A DNA stretch of 64,000 nucleotides from Amoebidium appalachense (taxonomy: Eukaryota > Protista > Ichthyosporea): contig CAVNZM010000006.1 of assembly GCA_963693365.1 (NCBI GenBank), positions 4,178,267 through 4,242,266 on the forward strand, read 5' to 3'. The position numbers and the translations under genes are program-made. The notes under the pieces were generated by a model. That model saw nothing but the letters and a program-made list of their open reading frames with translations, was not told where the DNA came from and did no database searches. This document shows positions 24,072 through 36,953 of the stretch, in pieces. How positions within the stretch are numbered: the first letter of the stretch is position 1; every line of letters begins with the position of its first letter.

Positions 24072-24444
24072 CCTACTAAAAATTCCCGTTTATTTCGGGA
24101 GAAGGCCCCCTGGGATCCCTCATCTATAAGCACTACCATCTTCCACTTGGCGCCAGACAACCACCTGCTAGCTATTTATAGCTGAACACAATACACATCC
24201 CACAGATTTTGCCCTAGCCCTTGCTCAGCCTGCGGGAGGGGGGCCCTGGACACCGTCTACTGTCCCTATCTGAATATTATGTATTATTGAACAGAACTGT
24301 ACAATAAAAAACGAAAAAGGAGGAATATAAAATTTCATCAATTCACTATGTCCCGGTGTTTTCATAGAAAGACAGCATGAAAATACCACCGTTGAGACCT
24401 ACGTTAGTCGTGCAAAGATTTGTCGACCTGACTCCTGTAGTTAA

Positions 24445-24485
<41 letters not shown>

Positions 24486-24713
24486 CCCCTCCCCTCCCTC
24501 CCCCTCCCCCCCTCTTTCCCTCCCTCCCTCCCTCCCTCCCCCCCCCCCCCCCCCCCAAAATCCACATGCACACAAAACAATAAAACACAATTAGGCTACA
24601 TATCTAGCACATAAACACCCACAAATCAAGCACTACATAGCATGTAATACAGGAAAGGGAAAGCTGCATACTCTAATACCCAGCCAGAGTGCTATGTCAG
24701 CCTACAAGCACCA

Positions 24714-25150
24714 CTATTGCACCACGTGCATTCCAAACCTCTGCTGCAAATGCAACGACGCCGGGTTACCATACAGCAAGGTAGATCTTAACCCGTGCTC
24801 CTTTAAGTCCTGAACTTCCATCGTATCCTCAACCATGACATGCGACGAATCATCGTACAGAACGGGAACAGATAACACCAGAACAACCCCATCGGGTGTT
24901 CGCACCGCTTTCTCAATGTGTGAATGGTGCACGACGAGATTTTTGGCCGCGTGATTATCTGGTAAAACTACTGCTTCTAGGCTGTGCAACCTGTTAAATC
25001 TAGCGCCTTCTACCAGTTTCTCCATTATTCTACGACCGATTCCCATGCATTGAAATTCATCCATTACCGTGAGAGCGGCTTCGGCTCGTTTCGGCTCCGA
25101 ACGGAGCATCACCCACCGACCGCACCCTACACCGACGGTGAAATCCTCCT

Positions 25151-25200
<50 letters not shown>

Positions 25201-25210
25201 CGTGTGTGTG

Positions 25211-25246
<36 letters not shown>

Positions 25247-25629
25247 TGTGCGTGTGGGGGGGTGGGGGTGGGGGTGCATGGGTGGGTGTACATGTGTGCA
25301 TACGGGCGGGTGTGTGTGTGTGTGGGTGATTGTGAGTGGGTGCGGACATAGGAATCGTATGAACTTGCAATTGTAGATACAAGTTAAGAACACACAATCT
25401 CTTAAAGCTAGATACCTCAAACAGCCCCCCTCCCCCCCCCCCCCCCCCCCCCCCCCCCCCAGCCGGACCTCTGGCCCCCAACCCTCGTCCCACCCAAACC
25501 CAATATGCATCTCTTCTATCATTTGCATATCCCCCCCCCTCCCCCCCCTCCTCCTCCTCCCCTCCCTTCCTCCCCCCCCCCCCCCCCCCCCCCCCGCTCC
25601 CCCCTTCCTCCCCGCCCCAAAAAAATAAA

Positions 25630-25678
<49 letters not shown>

Positions 25679-26064
25679 CAACTCCAAAAGAATCAAACGT
25701 TCATAGCCCAACCCTCGAATGTGTCTTGCGGTAAGTTCTTTCTTTAGCTCATTTTCCCTTCTATTTTTGTCGGCTGTGGGGTATGGGGAACAAAACTAGG
25801 GCCGAGGGTACCGGGGGAGAGGGGGGGGAGGGGGGGGGGGGGGGAGGGGGGTAGGATGGATATGTTACAGAGTAAAGAGCGCGACAAACAACACAATGCA
25901 GATGTGTTACCCCCTTTTTTTTTTTGGTCTTTTTTGGGTTGGTTGGGTGGTTGGTTGGGGAGTGGGGGAGGAGAAGGGGGGGGGGGGGGGGGGGGGGGGG
26001 GAGAAGATCGTGGTGGCCGTGGTAGAAGGTGCGGGGTGGTGGTGGGTTGTTTGTGTGTGTGTGT

Positions 26065-26102
<38 letters not shown>

Positions 26103-26306
26103 GTGGTGGTATTGTGTGTGTATTTTGTTGGGGGGGGAGAGGGGGAGAGGGGGAGGGGGGGGGGGGGGCTATGCAGACGCATGTGGGTGTGAATGTTGTA
26201 TTTCTGTATTTGTCTCGTTTAAATCATAAATATCGTTTCCATGTTACTCGGTGCAAAGTGCTTAAAGCACCAAGCTGGATAATGGTTTGGATTTTGTTTT
26301 TTCCCG

Positions 26307-26351
<45 letters not shown>

Positions 26352-26680
26352 TAATCGGATGGATGAATACCTTGAAACCATGCGGTTTTGTATCCCCGAT
26401 GATGGGATTTTCTGGAGAATCCCCGGGCTTTTTCTCCCATGGCACAGTAACAACACCCACCCCAAAATGTGTTTTCATGTCGCAATTTGTGTAATAATCC
26501 AATTCTTCAGGGGTAAGTTCCCGTTTTGGGCCAAAACACCGTGTTTGTTTCGACTCTGTACTTAGTTTCTGAAAACACTCTGCAACGAGTGATTTATCAG
26601 CTGAGGTGAGGGGGCGAATGTGGAAGGGCCTGCCGTTGTGTGTCCATGTTGTGGATATCCAGAGGTGGGGCTGTGTGTGC

Positions 26681-26747
<67 letters not shown>

Positions 26748-27118
26748 CTGTGTGTGTGTTGGGGGGGGGGGGGGGGGGGGGAGGAGGGGGTGTTTGTGTG
26801 TGTGTGTGTGCGCGCGCACGCACGCGCGCGCGTGTCTGTGCGTGTGTGTGTGTCTGGTAGAGTGCATGTGTACACGTGTGTTTGGGTGTATGTGGGTCAT
26901 ACAGTGACGGATAAGCCAGAAAACAATAAAAGGGTAATCCGAGTAAGTGGTGTGTGAGAACGAGCTTCGAATATTTTCTCTATGCGCACATAATTTTTTC
27001 CTTGCGCGAAAGGGGGGAAGGCGGAAGACGGGAGGCAGGGGGTTACGATCCATTACACAATGGAAAGCACACATTCATGAGGGACAACATAATGTAGATT
27101 GCAAAGGGAAGGAGGGGG

Positions 27119-27152
<34 letters not shown>

Positions 27153-27250
27153 GGGGGATTGGAGAGGATAATAGTAACTCGTACACACAGTCTACACATG
27201 ACCACACCGAAATTCCTCCATTGATCAGCCACCGACACATACCCCGTGTC

Positions 27251-27304
<54 letters not shown>

Positions 27305-28024
27305 CTATTTCTGTGTGTGTGTTGGGGGGGGGGAGGAGGAGGGGGGGGAGGGGGGGGGGGGGGGGGTTATCAGCCACCACAGTGTGTGCATTTGTGTTGA
27401 GGGGGAAACGCATGAGGTGGGGTGGGGGTGGTGGGTGGGTGGATGGGGGAAGGAGGGGGGGGGGGGGGGGGGGGGGGGGGGAGGGGGGGGGCAAGAAACA
27501 ACATGGAGAAAACGATATTTGCACATCCAGCAAAAATGCCTCACCTTTTCGTGTGGCTGATGGGCTAAACGTGTCGTCTTTAAGTCCTCAATCCAGCCAT
27601 CGTCCTGCCTCAGTGTGTGCACACTCCTCACGGCACCCAGCCATCCCACCTGTATTACTTTGTGTTAGAAAATTCTTTGTTTCATAAACACACCTCCCCT
27701 CTTCTCCCGTCTCTCTCCCCCTCCTTTGCCCCCTGACCCCTGCTTCTCCCCCAGGCACTTTGTATTCAACTTAGTGGTCGTGTTGCCTCCGCCTTCCCCT
27801 TCCCTCCCCCTCCCCCACCTCCCCCCCCCCCCCCCCCCCCCCCCGGGGGAATATGCTATGTCAACGTCCCTGGCCCGCTCCCACACACGCACTGCAACAT
27901 TTTCCCCTCCGTCCCCTAAAACAAGTACCACGGTTTCCTGTCACCCTCTCGAGCATTAACCCCTCCCCACATTCCAACCTCCCTCCGTCCCCCCGTCATG
28001 ACCCTCCCCCCTCCCCCCCCCCTC

Positions 28025-28060
<36 letters not shown>

Positions 28061-28352
28061 CCCGAACAAGCACCCGTACATACAGACCAAATCCCCTACT
28101 TCCCATACGTGACCCCCTCCCTCCCTCCCCCCCCCCCCCTCCCCCACACACATACCCCATCCACCTACCCATTTACACACATTCAGAGCGCCTAATTCCT
28201 CGAGCTTTCCACCCAATGGTGCACACTCGCGTGTGAACGCATGTGCGCGCGCACACACACGCATACACACACAGACATCTAGTAGCAGAATCCTCAGAGT
28301 TCACCCGCGAAGTCAAGCACAGACACAGACACAGGCACAGACACAGGCAGAT

Positions 28353-28407
<55 letters not shown>

Positions 28408-28616
28408 TAAGCACAGACAGACACACACGCACCCGCCCACCCACGCACGCACACACGCACGCACGCACGCACGCACGCACACACACGCACGCACACTCTC
28501 ACGCACTCACGCACGCACATGCACACGCACGCACCCGCACACGTACGCACATGCGCACACACATGCACACACACACGCGTGCACACACACACAGACACAC
28601 AGACACACAGACACAG

Positions 28617-28647
<31 letters not shown>

Positions 28648-28796
28648 CCAACCACATGAGGTTATACATGCCGAAGACTTGCACATCTCCCATTTCCTTA
28701 ATCGTGCAAACTTACCTGTCTAGACAGAAGCTGCGACCCCAAGCAACGAACGGCTGGCAGGGTCGACTTCCATCGGCTAAGCGCGGCAGCTGCCAT
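24714..28796 (-). CDS. GNAT-family N-acetyltransferase (bacterial Pat-GNAT-like) with a putative mitochondrial presequence, ~307 aa
   Basis: Four exons joined by phase-0 GT-AG introns: 28796-28716 (MAAAALSRWKSTLPAVRCLGSQLLSRQ), 27649-27545, 26670-26371 (NGRPFHIRPLTSADK..FQKLSTESKQTRCFGPKRELTPEELDYYT) and 25151-24714 (GCGRWV..RAEAALTVMDEFQCMGIGRRIM..LEAVVLPDNHAA). The last exon carries the acetyl-CoA motif QxxGxG. Confidence 0.85.
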
Positions 28797-29754
28797 TTTA
28801 CGGGATGCAAAGCCAAAAATGCAGTCACTCTAGCAGGATTTGGATGTGACGAGCTGATGGAAGGGCTCTCTTAAGCAAATTTGCAAGGGCTTCTTTGGCT
28901 CTAGAAACGAACGAACTCCAAGAAGTATGTCTAGAAGAAAGATTATTAACATGCACAATGTTAACTGCTTACCAACGTTGTGAACGTGTGGTATTGGCTA
29001 CTGTATGTGAACCACAACAAGGACAATTCGCAACCACACTGCCCGTTAACTACTTTTGCCGCGTTGCTATCATGTGTTTTACATGTATAAGCTCATAAAG
29101 ATATTCGAGACGAGAAGACTAGACCCTTAGGTGCCGATGAAACAGTAATGCTTCGAAAAATTCTTTGAACACTGTGAAAGTGCTACCAGGACCACTGCAT
29201 CCTAAATAACGTTGTTGTCCTTTTTCTCCTCATTAGCGGAGCCATGCTCTAAAATCCTTCACCAAGACCCCTTAGTTGCAGTGACATGGGAAAAGGCATC
29301 ACTAAGAGAGGGAAATGATGTGATAGATTAAACAAAAATTCTATGAAGCGAAGATGTCCGGTGGCAACTCTACATCTGAAGATGACTCGAACACAAAGGG
29401 AAAAAAAAAGTTTGAGACTGACTGACTGACCATGGAATGCCTGTCTGCAGCTGAGTGGCTCACGGCTTACACTATATTTGGCTAACTAGCTGGTGTTCTG
29501 GTTGGTGAAAGGTCAGGTAATTAGTGATTAATGCCATTCGAGGTTTGGGCCATTGGCACCAATTCACGTGCTTGCCCTACACGTTTCGTGCGTTATCAAA
29601 AAGAACGGACTCCATGGAGGGATATTTATCATCTGAGCCGGAGGCTACGTATACATTAGTAATTTACGCGTATATTCACATGCCTCGCGTGCACCGGCTA
29701 CATTATACCACGTCTGACAGAAACAATCCATCTCACCCTAATCAACAACGTTAA

Positions 29755-31031
29755 CAACAACAACAACAACAACGTACAACAACAACAACAACAACAACAT
29801 GGTCAACAACAACAACAACAACAACAACAAGAACAACGGACAAGCCCGTTCCTACCACCACCACCACCACCACTACATCAACAACAACAACCATGGCCAT
29901 CCCCACAACTCTCACAACTTCTAGTTCCACTCGGGTGACCAATTGCAAAACAGCCCCACTAAAACCAATCACCACCACCACCACCACCACCACCACCACC
30001 ACCACCACCACATCCAAAACGTCACCCTTTGAGCCCACAACTACTTTAACACACCCAAACACCACCACGACCACCACAAAACTCGTTGTCCCAGAGCCCA
30101 CCACCACCACACACACTAGTACTGCTATGACCATCCCCACCACCACCATCACCACCAAGACGAGCACCACAACCAATCAACCCATCATATCACCACCACA
30201 CACGTCAACCCTCCCACAACGATCATCACCATTACCACAGTAACTGTTATTCCCCCCACCACCAGCACACCAATCACCACCACCACATCCTGTATCCACC
30301 ACTCACACCACATTCACCGCTTCCGACACCAACCCTGTTACCATCACTTTTACCAAGACTGTGTCTGTGGATAAATTCCCCACCACCGTCACCAACATCA
30401 ATACGTACACACCCTCTACATTCTCAACTCCCGCCACCACCACCACCGTCATCAACCACCCCACGCCAACCACCCCTGCTGCCCAATCAAACACACCGAC
30501 ATCGTCAAATTCACCGTCATCAACACAAAACACCCCAGCACCCGTTATTCCAGTCGTCACATCAATCGATGACAGATTTACAATATACACGCTCACCAAA
30601 CCCGCACCCACAACCACTACCCCCAATACAATGACGTCACCAGTACCCACCACCACCACGTCATCCCATATTCCCTTGGACGTCGTCACAACTTCCCACT
30701 GCGCGCTTTCCGGCAGATCCCGCCAATCAGGTTCCGTGCACGTGTCGACATTTCACGTGGATTCCCGCCGAATGCTCAACGTGACAATCGACACCACAGC
30801 CATTAATAAACCGTTTAAAGCAACCCACATCGCCATCGCATGCAGCCAATCAGAAATCCAGGGCGCTTCCAAACATGGTTATCCCACGCATCAGACATTC
30901 CACACGGAATGCAACGGAATCACGTGCGTCGGAGCTAAACATCGCGCGTCACCGGGCTCTTAGGGACATGTACGTGTTGAATGTGAGCGCGTTGAAATGT
31001 ACAAATATGGTAGTTGTGGCCCATTTTACGT

Positions 31032-31040
<9 letters not shown>
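29755..31040 (+). pseudogene. Thr/Pro-rich mucin-like surface protein ORF with a Cys-containing C-terminal region, disrupted
   Basis: ACN-codon-rich frames 29893..30243 and 30361..30963. The Thr-rich register shifts frame at ~30215-30290 and the coding frame appears to shift again near 30960. No clear start or signal peptide was found. Confidence 0.5.
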
Positions 31041-31110
<70 letters not shown>

Positions 31111-31407
31111 ATGTGTGTATGTGTGTGTGCGTGTGTGTGTGTGTGCGTGTGCGTCACGCGGCGTGCGTGATCATGTGTGTCACGGTGCACATGTGTGTGT
31201 ACATGTGTGTGACGTACAGTACTTCTGGCCTTTTCCAAACACCGTGAGAACCCACACCGTTGAAACAATATTTCAGCTAGCTGCAGAAAACCCAAACAAG
31301 GCCCTAGGTGCTGCCAGACGCAGTTTTATGATTTACTTTTTGCATGCATATGGGTGCGCATATAAATGCATGTGCATGCCTACGTTATCCCATCACCCTC
31401 CTCCCTG

Positions 31408-31606
31408 CGTATTTTAGAACCACATCCTAACCCCCCCCCCCCCCCCCTCCCCCTCCCCCCCCCCCCCCCCCCCCCCCCCCCCACAAAAAAAAAAAAAAAG
31501 GACACAACAGTCCTCCCATACCACTCCGGAAAAGAACCCCGAAAGAGGAGGAGGGGGGGGGGGGGGGGGGGGGGCGGGGGGGATTAGGATGTGGTTCTAA
31601 AATACG
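31408..31606. repeat. ~200-bp fold-back unit with a perfect 23-bp inverted repeat
   Basis: cgtattttagaaccacatcctaa (31408-31430) and ttaggatgtggttctaaaatacg (31584-31606), extended inward by poly-C and poly-G. Confidence 0.85.
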
Positions 31607-31814
31607 ACGGACAATGTCACAACGGACAAATATTGCAAATTGGCTAAGAGCACAGGGAATAGCAATCATAATTGAACCCCAGCCTCCAGCTGGGAAAGGG
31701 CTACAGGGGCCATTCAGGATAGCTTCCTATATAAGATAATTGGTGCTAGATTTTGTTACAGTAAGAAAAATTAAGGTTTTAGGGGCTACCGAGGCTGGGG
31801 GGAAAATAAGATAA

Positions 31815-31851
<37 letters not shown>

Positions 31852-32029
31852 TGATTCGGAGGGGGGACTGTGGCTTCCCTAACTTAGTCCAGCATTATTA
31901 TTGTTAGGCTGCGCACAAGAAAAGCCCTTATATATGCAGCAAATAATAAGGCTTTTCTGATTACTAATAGCTTGAAGTCCTCGGGAAGCTAATCGAGTTT
32001 GTTACCAATCAACAGATCTCCGAAAAAGT

Positions 32030-32121
<92 letters not shown>

Positions 32122-32198
32122 ACGTGTGTGTGCACGTGTGTGTGGGTGGGTGGGTGAGTGTCCTGTCCTTCTGTGTGTGTGTGTGTGTTTTGTGTTTG

Positions 32199-32266
<68 letters not shown>

Positions 32267-32338
32267 GGTGGGTGGGTGGGTGTGTGTGTGTGCAACCGGC
32301 GAAGAATTAAAGAATGAAACGGTTTCATTATGGACACC

Positions 32339-33080
32339 GTATCATTGACCAATTACCACGCTTTTACTGTACACGTGCTATACAGTGGAGATCTAATAAG
32401 TATAAGGTGGCATCGTTATGTTGCCCAAACAACATACACACACACACCAGTTTAAACGGTCATGTATTGCCAAATGTAGTTTGATAGACCACATAATACC
32501 GCAGCATACACACGACACATTCACAACAGACACCCAGAAAAGATAGCCTACCTGAAAATTACAACATCCTTGATTTTATACTAAACACATGTAACTATGG
32601 CCTGTTACTTAGATGTATCATGAGCTAGAGAAAGACCAATTCTACAGGAAGGTACAACATTTAGGTGTCACACATTTGCGAGTGCCATATTTGGCAATAT
32701 GGTTATGGCGGTAATTATTTATAAAACGAGACATAAGGCTTCGTTTTTCAAGGTGTCTGCTTTCATCGGGTCTCGTGTCGTGTGGTATGTTTTTCCATTT
32801 GTTATATTGTGTACTTATTTTGTGAAGTTGTGTACATGTCTAATACGTAAGTGGCAGTCCAAAGTCACACCGTGACACTTTTGCGGGGTTTATATGTATT
32901 TGTGCCCGGGGAAGAAGGAGAGAGAGAGGGAAGGAAAGAGGGGAGAGGTGGGGAGAGGACAGGTCGGATAGAGAAGAGAGGGTGCCACTGGGCTTTAAGT
33001 GGCTTATGTGCGTGTTGAATTTCAGCGCGAGATGGGATACTCTAGCAGCTATTGGGACCAGACCATATCATATCGAGAGT
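32339..33080 (-). mobile_element. Degenerate 3' fragment of the same LINE family with an internal inversion
   Basis: 32623-33080 matches ~14388-14850 directly. 32339-32618 matches the reverse complement of ~14107-14383. An adjacent (TG)n lies at 32032-32292. Confidence 0.9.
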
Positions 33081-33152
33081 GTTTAAAAAACGGCATACCC
33101 CACGAGCACGGGGGAGCCGACGACACATGAACGGCGATCCCCCACAGGGAGA

Positions 33153-33472
33153 TTTGGATTTTGTGTTCGTTTGTCACTGGGTGTGTTTGTGTGTGGTGTG
33201 TGTGTGTGTGCACGTGTGTATCACAATGTGTGTGTGTACGTGTGTGTGTCTCCATTTTACGGTGCACGGTGTGTGTGTGTGTGTGTGTTCGACCCACTCC
33301 CCCCCCCCCCCCCTTCCCCCCCTCCCCACTACCACCACACACACACACACCACACACACAAACACAACTTGAAGCACAGCCGGTGACAAACCAACACAAA
33401 ATCCAAATGTACACACAGACGCATGCACACATTTTCGCAAACCCCCCCCCCCCCCCCCCCCACCCACCCACC

Positions 33473-33505
<33 letters not shown>

Positions 33506-33843
33506 TGTGCAGCCCAGAAAAAGGAACCACAGGACAGGGGGAGGGAGGGGGGGGGGGGGGGGGGGGGGGGGAGGAGGAGGAGGGGGGAGGAGGGGGGAAG
33601 GGGGGAGGGGGGGGGGGGGGGGGGGGAGAAGAAGGGGAGGGGGATTGGGGAAGGGGAGGAAGGGGGGCACGCTGGGGGTTGTGCAAAATGTGTGCAAAAA
33701 TTTGTGTGTACTAGTTTGGATTTTGTGTTCGTTTGTCACTGGGTGTGTTTGTGTGTGTGGTGTGTGTGTGTGTGTGCACGTGTGTGTATCACAGTGTGTG
33801 TGTGCGTGCGTGTGGCTCCGTGTCACGGTGCACGGTGGATGTC

Positions 33844-33876
<33 letters not shown>

Positions 33877-33941
33877 TGTCCTGTGGGTCCTTTTCTTGGG
33901 CTGCGGAAGGTTTTTTTTTTGTTTTTTTTTTCGTTCTTTTT

Positions 33942-33990
<49 letters not shown>

Positions 33991-34138
33991 GTCTGTGCCA
34001 AAATGTGTGCATGTGTCTGCGTGAACATTTGGATTTTGTGTTCGTTTGTCAACGGGTGCGTTTGTGTGTGTGGTGTGTGTGTGTGTGTGTGTGCACGTGT
34101 CAGACAATGTGTGTGTGTGTCTCCATGTCACGGTGCAC

Positions 34139-34170
<32 letters not shown>
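33153..34170. repeat. Mixed-orientation complex repeat (three direct copies and one inverted)
   Basis: Core ttggattttgtgttcgtttgtca..cacggtgcacggtg at ~33153, ~33716 and ~34029. The inverted copy at ~33340-33540 is complementary to ~33870-34090. Confidence 0.8.
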
Positions 34171-34171
<1 letters not shown>

Positions 34172-34663
34172 CCCCCCACCCCCCGCCACCCCTCGGGGGG
34201 GGGGGGGGGGGGGAGGGGGGGAGGGGGGGGGGGGGTAAGAATAGATAATGAACCCTACGGCCGAGAAACCCTAAGATTTAGACCTTAAACCGTACTTACC
34301 TGTTATCGTAAAAGTGAGTGACCCCTGTACTAGTAGGCGGGTGGAAAGATGACGGTGTGATAGATGGATAGTGGTTGTGTGGCTGTGGGCGTGGCTGTGC
34401 GAGTGTGAGTGTGTGTGATGGTGGGGTTGACGGGTCAACGGTACGGCAAAAAGAAAATGCGAAGGGCTTTGGAGGGGGAGGAGGGGGAGGGGCAGGGGGA
34501 GGGGAGGTGGGGGGTAGATAGGTGGAGGGAGGGGAGAGGGGGGGGGGGGGGGGGAGGGGAGGGAGGGGGGAAAGGGGGGGGGGGGGGGGGGGCAAGTTTG
34601 TGTTATGGTGAGATGATAGTGAGCTTAATGGTGATGGTGGTGTGTTCGTGTTTGTGTTTCCCA

Positions 34664-34707
<44 letters not shown>

Positions 34708-36158
34708 CCAAGCTGTTACTGGCCAGACCGATACTTAAGACCCCCCCTCCCCCTCCACACCAAAAAAAAAAAAAAAAAAAAAAAATTTACAGGCCACAAC
34801 GACACTCTCTGGTGACGTGGGGAAACAGGATAAACGTTTGAATGCGCCATGAAGTACGAAGTACACATTCACAACGGACAAGATAATGCAGGGTGCAAAC
34901 CTCATATCATGCATACAGGGGGGGCAGGGGGCTGCTACCTTTGGAGGTAGCTCTTATTTTTCAAGGCTGACAAAATTACCGTCCGAAGCGACTGCTCACG
35001 CGCCAACTCATACCCTTGAAAAGTGCCAGAGTATAGTTTATCATACAGCAGCTGAGGCCACAGTCGCACGTGGCAGGGCAGGGGGGAGGGGGGGAGGGGG
35101 GAGGGGGGGGGGAATACCGACTATCCTCACAGTGACTCACAGTGACTGAATATTGGAACCGGTCAATACTATCGGACATCAATAGGCCAAGGGGGGTTCA
35201 ATACCGAAGTATTGAGTGCGAGGGGAATCCATACCAAATTTCATCCTTCAACTGCTTCTGCGCTGCGTGAGTGGAGAGGTAGCCACTGGGTCGTCGAGGA
35301 GCTTTCCTTGTGGCTGCCGTGTTTTCAGCCTTCAGCAGTATGGCAATGACTGGGTGTGCTTGCATGCATTCTGTAGTTGTGTTTTCCTGTGTGTCCTGCC
35401 ACAACTAGGCCACCTTATCAAAGAGTTAGAGACAGCTTCTGCGGGTTTTCTAGGGGTCGGGCCCGTGGGGATTGTTTTCTCGCTCGTATTTGGTCTGCAT
35501 TGCTCTTTAAAGGGCTGACTTGCTTGCTGTGCCCCGGTAGGTTTTGAGGGGGGCCTGTTGGGGGGCAGCAATAATGATGTCTTCTTGCGGAGTGTGGCCT
35601 GGTCTTCATCGCTGCATATGACTAGTTGGAGCAAACTAGTTTCACGCATACACGTGCACTTGTACCTTTGCCCGCTGGTGTCCTTTGGTCACTTGTTGTT
35701 TAATTTTATTATTTCATCGCTGTGGCTCTTTCGAAGTCGGTTATTTTGGTGGTCATGTAGCTTGTGGCTGCACGTTGCCTTCATATCCACTGGACCACTG
35801 AGCAATAAATCCCAGTCAAGATGAAATTTCATCCATAGAGCGGATAAAATAAAAACAACGTGGTAACGACGTGGGGAGTAGTGGCAGGGAACCAACCCTG
35901 ACATTTGAAAACGACAAGGTTATGATATCAAATTCTCTAATGGGAGGTGGGTTCATACTGAAAATGGAGGAATTCAATAAATTTTCCTAGTGGGAGGGCG
36001 GTCATGATACCAATACTCATGAGGTGTTCGAGTGTGTCATCCACCTGGTGACCAGAAACAACCGAGCAAAGTGAACAATGAAGCTCTTGCCTGTGAGTGT
36101 GCGTGTGCGTGTGCGTGTGCGTGTGCGCGTGGCACTGCGTGTGCGTCTGCGCGCGCGC

Positions 36159-36189
<31 letters not shown>

Positions 36190-36623
36190 TGCGCGCGCGC
36201 GCGCGTGTTCCCTCCCTCCCTCCCTCCCTCCCTTTCTCCCTCTCTCCCTCTCTCTTTCTCTCTCTGTGTGTGTGTGTGTGCCACGGTGTGTGTCGTGTGT
36301 GTGTGTGTGTGTGCGCGCGCGCGTGTGCGCGTGTGTTTGTCTGCTTACCAAGTACGTTTGCGTGCATGGGTCGGTGAGTGCAGGGGGTCGAAATGGTGGT
36401 GGTGGTGTTTATGTATGCAGGAATGTGGAGAAGATGTATCAGAACGAGTCGCAGCATGCGCCTGAGTACCTATGTATGTACTGAACCCCCGGCCCACCCC
36501 CTCCCCACACACACACACTCACTGAAACACACAAGAGCAAGATCTGGTTTAAAGAGTCACTTGAAAAAAAGACGGAGGGAGGGAGAGAGAGAAACCACAG
36601 CAAAAAAATCCCTGATAAAAATC

Positions 36624-36654
<31 letters not shown>

Positions 36655-36660
36655 AAAAAA

Positions 36661-36891
36661 AAAAATGAAAAACAAAGAGCGCTAGCACTCGGAGGGAGTT
36701 GGAGAGGGCAGGGTGCTCTCACACAGGTGTCAAGTGTTTTAGATCTGTCGACCCCCCCCCCCCCCCCCCGCCCCTCCCCCCCCCCCCCAAAAAAAAATAA
36801 AAAATGAAAAACAAAGAGCGCTAGCACTCGGAGGGAGTTGGAGAGGGCAGGGTGCTCTCACACAAATGTCAAGTGTTTTAGATTCGTCGAT
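36661..36891. repeat. ~90-bp direct repeat pair separated by poly-C/poly-A
   Basis: aaaaatgaaaaacaaagagcgctagcactcggagggagttggagagggcagggtgctctcacaca..gtcaagtgttttagat at ~36661 and ~36800. Confidence 0.85.
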
Positions 36892-36914
36892 GTTGTGGTA
36901 TTTGCTTCCTTGAG

Positions 36915-36953
<39 letters not shown>

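Noticed and set aside
25690-25772. Possible extra GNAT exon (DKNRRENELKKELTARHIR)
   Set aside because: Phase-incompatible with the flanking phase-0 exons, which already join in frame
34976-36090. Fragmentary minus-strand ORFs (e.g. KLHDHQNNRLRKSHSDEIIKL) suggesting a hAT remnant or pseudogene
   Set aside because: Multiple stops, no TIR or TSD, and the motif is too weak to name
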